Shown here: positions 1-10,141 of the stretch, piece by piece
How the letters are laid out: every line of letters starts with the position of its first letter
Position numbering within the stretch: the stretch's first letter is position 1
Source of the DNA: Octopus bimaculoides
Lineage: Eukaryota
Assembly (NCBI RefSeq): GCF_001194135.2
Contig: NC_068991.1
Location: 53,022,574 to 53,058,660, forward strand
Reading direction: 5' to 3'
DNA length: 36,087 bases
The notes under the pieces: model-generated
The model's input: the letters and a program-made list of their open reading frames with translations, nothing else
Told to the model about the DNA's origin: nothing
Database searches by the model: none
Position numbers and translations under genes: made by a program

Positions 1-194
1 ATATATGTGTGTGTCTGTGTATGTATGTATGCATGTACGCTCTTACACATTGATTGGTATGTGTTGTCCAACCCACTATCCGGCAGCGTCCAATTCTCTA
101 ACGGTTTTTTTCAAATGAATCAAGTCATAACCTTATCCATCTATTGTTTTCATAATCGGTCATAATGTCTTACGTTTAAGATGATTCCCATGCT

Positions 195-278
195 TTCCCT
201 GATGAGAAGGTTACAATTTTAATATCAAAGATCCCTATGGATCACACAGGTTGTAATCCTTTGAAACATATGTAGGAA
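195..278 (+). ncRNA. Type I hammerhead ribozyme motif, near intact, with long stem II
   Basis: TTCC (195-198), CTGATGA (199-205), stem II GAAGGTTACAA (206-216) pairing with TTGTAATCCTTT (251-262), GAAA (263-266), palindrome CATATG (267-272), TA, then GGAA (275-278) closing stem I. Predicted GUA cleavage after 274. Confidence 0.8.
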
Positions 279-324
279 TAAAGTATGCAATTATAACATG
301 CGTTTTCTCCAATCCTTAAATTCT

Positions 325-347
325 TATATATATATATATATATATAT
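325..347. repeat. (TA)n microsatellite
   Basis: Direct reading. Confidence 0.95.
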
Positions 348-566
348 CAAAATAAGCAACAAGGATATCCAGGGGTAAAGCAGTACAATCGTTTCATGCA
401 ACTCCATATAATTGAACAATTTAATCATTACATCAATTTAAAATGCAGAGCAATCCTCAGTTGCACAAAAATATAGAATTTAATTAAATTAGAACAGATG
501 GATACAGTATAATTATACCTAAAATCTCCATGAAGTTAAGGAGATAGACAAAGAACATGTTGCTTC

Positions 567-1280
567 TACTACAACATAGAAGTTAATAAATAAATTGTTA
601 AGAAGACTCTACCTGTCACTGATTTTATTTGTTGGTTTAAGGGGCTTAGAATATAATTTTATTAATGTATAATAAGAATGTTCTTTTACCTCAATACTCC
701 TTTATTAATACCAGTATATACCTATTAATATTCATAGACACCATATGATGAGTTAGTATTTAAGTGTACAATATGTATAAATATTAAACTATTTCTGAAT
801 AATTTCTTTTCCTCCCTCTATTGTGGTAAAAGTTTGGTATATACTCAAAAGTATCCATAAATTTCTATCCTTTTGTTAATATATTCTTCTTAATAACCCT
901 CAGAATAGCCATAAACTTTATCTGTATACAATATAGCAACATTGTTTTAAAGCATTTAACTATAGTACTACATGATAAGACTTCCTCTGTTTCATTATCA
1001 ATGGTCTGTTTGTGGGAGACCCCGCTTAGTTGTCAACCAACATCTTGTTTTAAGTTTTCCTTTACCAAACCTCATGATTTTTATGACTATACCAAATATG
1101 ATTTCTGTCTGCTCTCTCAGTCCTACCCCTAATAGAAAATGCCCTTTATTCTCTCAGCCTTAGATATACAAGGTCTGATAAACTAGTCTATAAATTAAAA
1201 CTGACCCCATGAAAACAAATAAAATCAATGACAGACAGAGTCTTCTTGACAATTTATTTATTAACTTCTATGTTGTAGTA
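567..1280. repeat. 66-bp inverted repeat pair (567-632 and 1215-1280) in a probable Penelope-like element relic
   Basis: Reverse complement of 567-632 matches 1215-1280 at 62 of 66 positions. The interior has no clean ORF. The Penelope assignment is a weak inference from neighbouring HHR motifs. Confidence 0.6.
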
Positions 1281-1508
1281 TGTGTGTGTGTGTGTGTGTG
1301 TACGTATATATAATATATACATAGGCACATACACACACACACACACACACATATAAACTGCTCTACATCTTAGAGTGTGCTTCTCTGGATTTGTTTTTTT
1401 ACAAACGATATAAATATATACATATATATATGTATACCGGAGTAAGCACATGAAATGTGCAACAAGGTGGAAAAAAGAGTACTCAAATACCAGAGGTAGA
1501 GTAATATG

Positions 1509-1650
1509 CTTTATTTAAAAGCAGCAGAAATATAACAAAAAAACCGTTACTCTGAGTTTCACGTTCCCGTTCATCAATGAACGGGAACGTGAAACTCAGA
1601 GTAATGGTTTTTTTGTTTTTTTGTTATATTTCTGCTGCTTTTAAATAAAG
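1509..1650. repeat. Fold-back palindrome with a truncated hammerhead motif on both arms
   Basis: Arms 1509-1574 and 1577-1650 with a 2-nt centre, one mismatch and one 8-nt duplication. Each arm reads ATGA-ACG(GGAA)CGT-GAAA-CTCAGAG-TA. Confidence 0.85.
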
Positions 1651-1679
1651 TATATATATGTATATATATATATATATAT

Positions 1680-1698
1680 NNNNNNNNNNNNNNNNNNN
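1680..1698. other. Assembly gap
   Basis: Run of N. Confidence 1.
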
Positions 1699-1741
1699 TG
1701 TGTGTGTATATGTGTGTATGTACACACACACACACATATGT

Positions 1742-1795
<54 letters not shown>

Positions 1796-1835
1796 GTTTA
1801 ACATCTGTTTTCCATGCTGACATAGGTTGAATGGT
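1742..1835 (-). mobile_element. RTE-type 3' tail fragment with expanded (ATC)n
   Basis: (ATC)n followed by GTTTAACATCTGTTTTCCATGCTG, the same tail as on the RT-bearing RTE relic at 12830. Confidence 0.7.
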
Positions 1836-1921
1836 TTTTCTTTACTTGTTTTAGTCATTTGAGTGAATGGTAAGTGAACAACAAGTAGATGCATTAGTTT
1901 GAAACTCAAGAAGAATGGAAA

Positions 1922-1957
1922 GTCTTCGACATTTCAAGCTTATGCTCTTTGACAGAA
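1922..1957 (-). ncRNA. Degenerate hammerhead-like relic
   Basis: Minus strand reads CTGTCAA-A-GAGC(ATAA)GCTT-GAAA-TGTC-GAAGA. The core deviates from CTGANGA and is probably inactive. Confidence 0.35.
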
Positions 1958-2119
1958 AGGGTTGAGAGGGAAAAATTGGAAAGAGAAAAAAAATGTGTAG
2001 AGATTAACGGCTTAACACGCATACATGTATATGTATATTATATATATGTGTGTGTAGGTGAATATATACACATACATTCACATACAAATACACTCACTCA
2101 CACACACACACATATTATA

Positions 2120-2420
2120 GCTGTGTGGTAAGAAGCTCGTCTCCCAACCACATGGTTTTAAGGTCAGTCCCACTGTGTGACATCTTGGGCAAGTGTCTTC
2201 TAATATAGCGTCGGGCCAACCAAAGCCTTGTGAGTGGATTTGGTAGACAGAAACTTAAAGAAGCCCATCGTATATGTGTGTGTGTGTGTGACCACTGCTT
2301 GACAATTGGTTTTAATGTGTTTATATCTCTGTAACTTAGCAGTTTGGCAAAAGAGACTGATAAAATAAGTACCAGGCTTTAAGAAAAAAGAAGTACTGGG
2401 GTCAATTCATTTAACTAAAA
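2120..2420 (+). mobile_element. tRNA-derived SINE, family A (diverged)
   Basis: Similar to the full-length copies at 3047 and 29622, with an internal (TG)n tract. Confidence 0.85.
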
Positions 2421-2434
2421 AAAAAGTAGGCATA

Positions 2435-2819
2435 CAGTAATGAAAAACAAAACTTGTGCACAAAATGTATTTTATTGATTATACAAACATATCAATAATA
2501 AACTGTTTAATCCCTGAAACGTTCAGTTTGCTTCTGGTATAACACACACACACCATTAATCAAGTGTGGACACCCATGCACACTCAAGCACAAAGGTCTT
2601 TATCAGCATCAATTTCCTGGCAAGCCTTCCGTATGAACTAAATAATGAACTAAGTAGTGGCATCAACAGAATGTAGCTTGGATGTGAAAACTCAGTGTTT
2701 TACACATCCCCAGAAAAAGAAATATTAAAAATAGTAATACTGATTTTTATATATCAAATGAATTCTAGTATTAAATTAATCTTAGCACCACTATTATAAT
2801 ACTAGTATAATCTTTACTG
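2435..2819 (-). mobile_element. Internally deleted Tc1/mariner-like relic
   Basis: TA-CAGTAA...TTACTG-TA ends. Minus strand gives FFWGCVKH*VFTSKLHSVD...IRKACQEIDADKDLC, resembling a Tc1/mariner transposase C-terminus. TIR match is only 6 bp. Confidence 0.5.
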
Positions 2820-2832
2820 TATACCTACTTTT

Positions 2833-2835
<3 letters not shown>

Positions 2836-2878
<43 letters not shown>
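2836..2878. repeat. (GA)n microsatellite
   Basis: Direct reading. Confidence 0.95.
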
Positions 2879-2882
<4 letters not shown>

Positions 2883-3046
2883 CATTTAAACTTTTACCCT
2901 CCTACGTAACCAGTAACTTGATATTGTTTCCTTAACCAGTTTCAATGTGATTTGTCTTGTTCATCAAACATAAAATATCTTTGTTCTGAATAGCTGTTGC
3001 TGCTATACAGGGTTTTAATTCCTTTATACCATCGTAAACATCCATA

Positions 3047-3217
3047 GGCGCAGGAGTGGCTGTGTGGTAAGTAGCTTACTTACCAACCACATGGTTCCAG
3101 GTTCAGTCCCACTGCGTGGCACCTTGGGCAAGTGTCTTCTACTATAGCTTCGGGCCGACCAAAGCCTTGTGAGTGGATTTGGTAGATGGAAACTGAAAGA
3201 AGCCTGTCGTATATATG

Positions 3218-3248
<31 letters not shown>

Positions 3249-3439
3249 TTGTGTGTCTGTGTTTGTCCCCCCCACCATCACTTGACAACCGATGGTGGTG
3301 TGTTTACGTCCCCATAACTTAGCAGTTTGGCAAAAAGTGACCGATAGAATAAGTCCTGGGGTCGATTTTCTTGACTAAAGGCGATGCTCCAGCATGGCCG
3401 CAGTCAAATGACTGAAACAGGTAAAAGAGTAAAAGAGTA
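3047..3439 (+). mobile_element. tRNA-derived SINE, family A, full length
   Basis: GGCGCAGGAGTGGCTGTGTGGTAAG head, B-box-like GGTTCAGTCCC, internal (TA)/(TG) tract, (GTAAAAGA)n tail. About ten copies in the window. Confidence 0.9.
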
Positions 3440-3509
3440 TATGGGATAATACATTTCTTCAGAGACTGTTACGAATAGAAGTATTTGCTTTTCTCAGAAA
3501 AAAATTTAA

Positions 3510-3732
3510 TGCTTTAGCATTCAGATTGCTCAGTCAAATATAATACTTATTTATTCACTTTGTTTTGAATTAATCAAGTATTATCTAGTAGCTTTTTTGA
3601 GATTTTGATGATGTGGCTGTTTATTTTAAAAATGACAATGTAAGGTTGGTGTAAGAGGCTGAGTCTGGCCGGTTTGAAAATAAAACAGGTAGAATATTTG
3701 GGCCAGATACGACTGGCTTAAATGCTAAAGGA
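3510..3732 (+). mobile_element. piggyBac-like MITE
   Basis: TTAA on both sides, TIR TGCTTTAGCATT / AATGCTAAAGGA. Inverted copy at 30259-30478. Confidence 0.7.
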
Positions 3733-3756
3733 TTAAACTTCAAGTCAACAGAACCA

Positions 3757-3945
3757 TCATCATCATCATTTAACATCTGTTTTCCATGCTGGTATGGGTT
3801 AGACGGTTTGACTGGAACTGGTAAGCTGGAGAGCAGTACCAGGCTCCGGTTTGATTTGGCTTGTTTTCTTCAGCTGGATGCTCCTCCTAATGCCAACCAC
3901 TCCAAAAAGTGTAGTGAATGCCTTTTACATGTCACTGGCACAGTG
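3757..3945 (-). mobile_element. RTE-type 3' tail fragment
   Basis: (CAT)n-TTTAACATCTGTTTTCCATGCTGG...CAGCTGGATGCTCCTCCTAATGCCAACCAC. Confidence 0.8.
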
Positions 3946-3988
3946 TGTCACCAGCATGGCATGTCAAAATGTTTTGTTTCTTTTTAAG

Positions 3989-4102
3989 TGACTGATGAAA
4001 GTCCTGGTAAACTTATCAAGAAGATTAAATATAAATGTAAATATCAAAGTGGTCTTGATCGAAGTGCAACAGTTGCTGTGCCTTTGCACTTGAAGTGTAA
4101 AG
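3989..4102 (+). CDS. Candidate internal exon of an unidentified gene (114 nt, phase 1-1)
   Basis: Acceptor ttttgtttctttttaag, donor AG/gtatgc, open frame xTDESPGKLIKKIKYKCKYQSGLDRSATVAVPLHLKCK. No family recognised. Confidence 0.4.
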
Positions 4103-4354
4103 GTATGCACCCCAGTGCAGTTTTTGGAACTAGTCAGGTTTGGAGTTTTTTCTGTACTTAACTGTTGTTATGTGTGTCTCGTCTGAATGATAGCATTTTT
4201 AGGATGTTGTTGTTGTAGTGTTAAAGGGAGTTGTATATTGTTTGGGTTTTTGCAGATGATTTTAGGGCAGTTGCATGGAGTGTGAATGTTGCAGTTTGTA
4301 ACAAGTGGTGTGTTGTATAGTTCTGTGTACTTTATAGTTTAAGGTGAATATAGT

Positions 4355-4655
4355 GACGGCACATGGCTTAGTGGTTCGGGGTACTTGGCTCACAATCATA
4401 AGGTCTTGAGTTTGATGCTAAGTGGTGTGTTATGTCCTTGAGTAAGACATTTTATTTCATGTTGCCGCAGTTCACTCAGCTGGCAAAAATGAGCTGTACC
4501 TGTAATTCAAATGGCCAGCCTTGTCACATTCTGTGTCACAGTAAATCTCTCTGAGAACAGCATTAAGGGTACATGTGTTTGTGGAGTGTTCAGCCACTTT
4601 CATGTTAATTTCACAAGCAGGCTGTTCCATCCATCGGAACAACTAGAACATTTAT
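4355..4655 (+). mobile_element. tRNA-derived SINE, family C
   Basis: GGCACATGGCTTAGTGGTT head, shared body with 5249 and with the reverse complement of 23235. Confidence 0.8.
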
Positions 4656-5248
4656 CATATCAGTTATAGTTTAATGAGGCTAACTGGGATGAGAGAGAGA
4701 GAGGGGGGTGGTCTAGATGCAGAATTTGTATGGAGTTACCTCCTCTTAGATGAACGGTTAAAGTGCCGAAAGACTTCATCTGCCCTGAGTCTGTTAGGGT
4801 GTTTGTGAGTGACCTTTTTCCTTATGCGGTTCCATGACATCTTATAAACCCAAGCTAGAGCCCTGACAAGTGGTACAACTCTGAGTTAAAGTAGATCTAG
4901 GAACAATAGTGGCTAAGAGGCGGTTCCACAGTCTTCAAAACCCTGGAACTCCTGAAACAGGGCCCCATTAGTGGATGCAGTTTAAAACCTTATTCAATTT
5001 AAAGCCACACAAACTCTCAACAAGTGAAGTTTGTGATAAAACTGTGAAAGCAGAACTTCTCATTCTATGAAAGCAACCATACTGTGCAATTACCAGAAAT
5101 ACTTGAACTTGTCCAGTTGATTATGATCTTACATGATGAAAGACCTATCAGTAATTCACCAGTCCAAGAAATAATTACCAATCAAGAAATGGTAGAACCT
5201 AGTTGCAAGGGTCATTTGAGTATAGTACTTTAAATGTACAAAGAAGAC

Positions 5249-5535
5249 ACATGGCTTAGTGGTTAGAGTATTCAGCTCACAATTGTAAGGTTGTGAGTTT
5301 AATTCCTGGCAGTGCATTGTGTCCTTGAGCAAGATGCTTTATTTCATTTTGTTCCAGTCCACTCAACTGGCTAAAATGAGTTTTACCTGTAATTCAAAGT
5401 TTTACCTGTAATTCTGTGTTGTGCTGAGGGAGACTCAGCATGACATGTGAAGTGTATGCATGTCTGCAGAATGCTCAGCCACTTGCATGTTAGCTTCACA
5501 AGTGTAGGCTGTTCCTGGAATCCTTGTTGTCAGAA
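5249..5535 (+). mobile_element. tRNA-derived SINE, family C (diverged)
   Basis: Homologous to 4355-4655. Confidence 0.8.
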
Positions 5536-5802
5536 CCAACAAAGCACCAGTTTTAGTTTAAATGCACAAAAATAAAATAAAAATTAACCATAAATTGTAA
5601 AAATTTATGATGGAATAAAGATAACCAAGATAGGAGAGAGATCCATATCGGGACTAGTCTAAGAGGAAATTACAATGCTTGCAATACAATTTTGATTTGA
5701 CTGAGAAAAAAAAATGCAATTAAAAAAAAATCTAAACAGTAGATTGGCAGACTCATTAGAATTTTTTTAAAAAATGTCTTGTGGTGTTTAATTAGTCTCT
5801 TC

Positions 5803-5880
5803 TATGTTTTGAGTTCAAATCTTACCAAAAATCAACTTTGAATTTCATCCCTTGCAGTTGGGGAACATTAAAATAAAGTT
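5803..5880 (+). mobile_element. SINE family B fragment
   Basis: TTTTGAGTTCAAAT...ACTTTGAATTTCATCCC motif. Confidence 0.55.
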
Positions 5881-5939
5881 GCGGTTCAATTTATATACCT
5901 ACATATCAATTTATATACCTATAATACTTCCTAGATATA

Positions 5940-6205
5940 TTATAAAGGAATGCAATTATACATCATTTACATTATTTATATTTGACGGATGTTTGTCCTC
6001 ATCTTGTTTGTTGTTAACACAACATTCTGGCTGATATACTCTCCAGCCTTCATCAGGTGTCTTGAAGAAATTTCGAACCTGGGTTCTCATTCCCAAGGTA
6101 TTTTTCGATGTTATTATTATCATTATTATTCAGGTCACTACCTGGGATTGAACTCGGAATCTTGGGGTTAGTAGACTGCGGTCTTAAACACTACGCCATA
6201 TGCCC
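5940..6205 (-). mobile_element. tRNA-headed SINE, family D, carrying a hammerhead motif in its 3' half
   Basis: A box TGGCGTAGTGT (6198-6188), B box GTTCAATCC (6153-6145), (AAT)n spacer, HHR motif at 6060-6017. The 3' end recurs at 28619-28702. Confidence 0.75.
6017..6060 (-). ncRNA. Type I hammerhead motif with mutated GAAA, inside a SINE
   Basis: ACAC-CTGATGA-A-GGCTG(GAGAGTATAT)CAGCC-AGAA-TG-TT-GTGT. Stem I ACAC/GTGT and stem II are perfect; three substitutions relative to GAAACGTT. Confidence 0.65.
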
Positions 6206-6397
6206 ATGGGCAATTATATTAGAACTAGAAATTTGTGATGTGTTAGGCAAAGTAAATCAAGGCAATCATGTTCGTCAGCCAGTATCTATTTTTATTCATC
6301 TATTTTTTGTTAATTAATTTATCATTAACTCGGCCCAGGAATTACGTTTTTCTTTTCAGATGTTCAACTTTAAGGTTAAAAAAAACTTTTTCATATA

Positions 6398-6439
<42 letters not shown>

Positions 6440-6442
<3 letters not shown>

Positions 6443-6617
6443 TTAAAATGCAGTGTTCATTTAATACACATCAGAGATGTTTATAATAGGACATCTGACC
6501 CGCTAGAAAGAGCAGCCAAAGCTCTACACCACCAGCTTTGGCTGCTCTTTCTAGCGGGTCAGATGTCCTATTATAGGCATCTCTGATGTGTATTAAATGT
6601 ACACTGTATTTTAAATG
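6440..6617. repeat. 178-bp near-perfect palindrome (fold-back or MITE-like)
   Basis: 84-bp arms 6440-6523 and 6534-6617, 10-nt loop, 4 mismatches, next to (TA)n. No clear TSD. Confidence 0.9.
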
Positions 6618-6701
6618 AATAATACATAGTCTGTTGACTAATTTTTTTCTCCTTAGACCACCGGTAGTAAATTGAATTTCTAAAATTTTTTTTGCTACCC
6701 T

Positions 6702-7325
6702 NNNNNNNNNNNNNNNNNNNNNNNNNNNNNNNNNNNNNNNNNNNNNNNNNNNNNNNNNNNNNNNNNNNNNNNNNNNNNNNNNNNNNNNNNNNNNNNNNNN
6801 NNNNNNNNNNNNNNNNNNNNNNNNNNNNNNNNNNNNNNNNNNNNNNNNNNNNNNNNNNNNNNNNNNNNNNNNNNNNNNNNNNNNNNNNNNNNNNNNNNNN
6901 NNNNNNNNNNNNNNNNNNNNNNNNNNNNNNNNNNNNNNNNNNNNNNNNNNNNNNNNNNNNNNNNNNNNNNNNNNNNNNNNNNNNNNNNNNNNNNNNNNNN
7001 NNNNNNNNNNNNNNNNNNNNNNNNNNNNNNNNNNNNNNNNNNNNNNNNNNNNNNNNNNNNNNNNNNNNNNNNNNNNNNNNNNNNNNNNNNNNNNNNNNNN
7101 NNNNNNNNNNNNNNNNNNNNNNNNNNNNNNNNNNNNNNNNNNNNNNNNNNNNNNNNNNNNNNNNNNNNNNNNNNNNNNNNNNNNNNNNNNNNNNNNNNNN
7201 NNNNNNNNNNNNNNNNNNNNNNNNNNNNNNNNNNNNNNNNNNNNNNNNNNNNNNNNNNNNNNNNNNNNNNNNNNNNNNNNNNNNNNNNNNNNNNNNNNNN
7301 NNNNNNNNNNNNNNNNNNNNNNNNN
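6702..7325. other. Assembly gap
   Basis: Run of N. Confidence 1.
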
Positions 7326-7489
7326 GATTTCAATAGTTTGAGATAGAAATTTCAGAGTTCTCTCCCTTACTCTATGTCGGTTGCGATCTCAATTCTTTTT
7401 TTTTTTCACAAGCAATTTTCTATTTAAGAAATGTTAGGTTTTACAACGCAACTGTTTGCAGCACCAGAAAATCATCATCATTATTATTA

Positions 7490-7716
7490 ATGCGGTGAGC
7501 TAGCAAAATCATTAGCACACCGAGCGAAACACTTAGCGGTATTTCGTCTGCCTCTACGTTCTGAGTTCAAATTCCGCCGAAGTCGATTTTGGCTTTGATC
7601 CTTTCGGGGTCGATAAATTAAGTACCAGTGAAACACTTGAGTCGATGTAATCGACTACTCCCCTCCCCCAAATTTCAGGCCTTGTGCCTTCAGCAGAAAT
7701 GATTGTTATTATTATT
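7490..7716 (+). mobile_element. tRNA-derived SINE, family B
   Basis: GCGGTGAGCTAGCAAAATC head, TTCTGAGTTCAAATTCC B box, TAAGTACCAG core, (ATT)n tail. Confidence 0.88.
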
Positions 7717-9112
7717 GATTAGACTTTGGTCAGTTCAGAAAGGACAATGATTCATTCTTAAGCGATGGCATCACAAAGAATATATTTAAGAATATAATTT
7801 AAGGCTTTAGAATATTAAAGCATTTATGCAAATACTTAAACGAGTTGAAAAACATGCTATTCAAAATTTTGTTGTACATAAGTATGATGAATAAAACGAT
7901 GTTCTATACTTTTATTGTAAATTTTTAAAGTTTATAAATTAAAAAACAAAATTCTCTATGTCCAGTGCACCTCTAACGAATGTAAAAGTTAAAAAATAAG
8001 AAGCACCGAAATAGAGGCTAAGTTTTGAGCTTTTGAATATCGCAGTGGTCAGGATGAAAGTCCAATCAGACGAACTTCTCTACCGAAAAGTCGAAGGTTT
8101 GGGCTTGGATGGAAGAGTAAAACTAAGTTGAAGATAACTTGTAGAGTAATAAAGAGAAACACAAAACTAGATGGGTTAATTAGTGGCGTAACAAGACCAT
8201 ATTGCTGTCCAGGACAGCCCTTCATTTTGGCATCTCCAATCTCCAGACTCTCAAGCCTATACAGGTTTATTCAGTAGATTCAGAAGGGCCTTTCTCCCAT
8301 AAAAACGACATCTGGGTGGAATCTCCTCCTCACCTACAACTAGCTACGTTATTGGAATTAATTTGAGATGAGAGAAATTACAAAGTGAAACTGTGACGTT
8401 TGACATTGAATCGGAATGCTGCTACTGTTGGTGTTGTTGCTGCTACTGCTGCTGCAGGTAGTGATGGTGGTTGACGTGATAATGTCTTAGTAGAATACTT
8501 TAAAGGTATTTTTGTCCTGTTGATAATCTTTCTTGTGTGGTGGTATCAACATCAACTGCTGTCCATGGGCAATGTTTTCAAGGTCTTGAAAATGTTTTGT
8601 TTCGCTTGCATATCACAGTGTCAAATTTCTTAGTAAACCATTTTACAAAATGTAGGTGCGATAGCATTAACATATTCAATGAATAAAACATTAAAACGTA
8701 AGTTAGAAAGTAGTGCGTGGTGAGTGAAAAAACCCTCAATAACTTTATTAGTCAATGACTTTTAAAAAAATTTTCGCAACAAGTAGAGGAGAAATGCTGA
8801 AGTAGAGATGAAAGAATCACTAAAATTGTTATTTGTTTTACAAAAGTATTTGAAAATTGTTCGTGTGTTGTTTCTGAGATAAGTCAGTGTTGGAGAACAA
8901 CACAATGGATTGTTTGAATAGAATTGGACGATTAAAAGGGCCAGGAAATTACAGGTGTTGGACATTTTGACAGCCGTTTTACTGCCATCTGCTTGACGTT
9001 GCTGATTCAAAGATGATTAAACTAACATCAGACGTTTTTTAATGTTTCTCTCGTTATCTCCCTCCTTCCCTGTCTCCGTCTGTCTGTCTGTCTGTTGGTA
9101 TCTGTTTCTCTC

Positions 9113-9244
<132 letters not shown>

Positions 9245-10141
9245 TCAGTATGCTTATATTTCATCACACACGTACGAGTATCTGTGTGCGGGTTTGCCCC
9301 TAATGCTAAAATGTACTGTCACCAAAACAGGCTCGTTGTCCTGTCAGCCCTTCCAAATAGTCTGCATCCAATCAGTTCCTTTTGATAAATTACAAACATT
9401 TCGTCAAACTCATGTGTAGCGGGAGGGACTGATGATGCCATCTGAATAGAAGTTGAAATGAATTGGTAAAATTTGAGCTTGAACTTTTAGAAAAAATGCA
9501 GTTGATACTGTTTAGTCTTGTGTTAGATTATAGCCTCGAATCATCTAAGAATAAGAGGTAAGACAGACATCCATTCATTGATCGGCAAGACTGGAAATAT
9601 GGTATTTATCCCACTCAACCTTTGAAAGTATTAAAGAAATTAACATTAGAGAGGTAATGAAGAAGCTGAAGAAGATAAAAAATAATCATTTTCTTAATGT
9701 TAGATTTAAAAGAAATATAAATGTCATTTGGAAATCAGATAAATTATGAGCTAAGCAGTTTTGACAGTTAATTTTATAATTAAAAGAGATTATTTAGGAG
9801 TTTGTTTGGGTTAATTAATATTCATTATTTGATTATTTGATGATAGTTATTAAAACATTAATTGTGTGTGTGTGTGTGCGTGCGTGTGTGCGCATGCAAT
9901 GTTCTTGGTGACTTCAATTTCCAAAACCAAATATTTACCATCCTTAATCTCATTGTCACACCCCATAACAACTGCCTAACCAAAGGTCATGTAAACACAT
10001 TTGCATGTTGCATACCCACTTTCACCTTGAATTGTCTTATATCCCCATTAATTTCATATTAATTAACCTTGGCAGCAAATGTGCTTCTCCCCTAATGTAG
10101 GTCACTGAAGCCATCTTATTAATTATGTTCCTTCCCAGGAA

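Noticed and set aside
1574-1909. Poly-Asp ORF
   Set aside because: An (ATC)n retroelement tail read on the minus strand, spanning a gap.
3047-3120. tRNA-like heads of SINEs as tRNA genes
   Set aside because: No complete cloverleaf; they continue into SINE bodies.
3992-4015. CTGATGA followed by the hairpin AAGT/ACTT (also CTGATGA at 9429, 25084 and minus-strand copies at 26746, 31132)
   Set aside because: No GAAA, stem III or closing stem I.
5048-5233. 61-codon stop-free plus frame (ESNHTVQLPEILELVQL...)
   Set aside because: No start codon, weak splice sites and no recognisable family; can arise by chance.
6692-7336. Long ORFs of X residues (also 17233-17602)
   Set aside because: Artefacts of N gaps.
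8050-8078. AGGATGA-AA-GTC(CAATCA)GAC-GAAC hammerhead-like string
   Set aside because: Both core boxes are mismatched and stem I does not close.
8180-8560. Two opposite-strand open frames of 55-60 codons, one with an Ala/Thr-rich tract
   Set aside because: No convincing splice pair or homology; the tract is a degenerate trinucleotide repeat.
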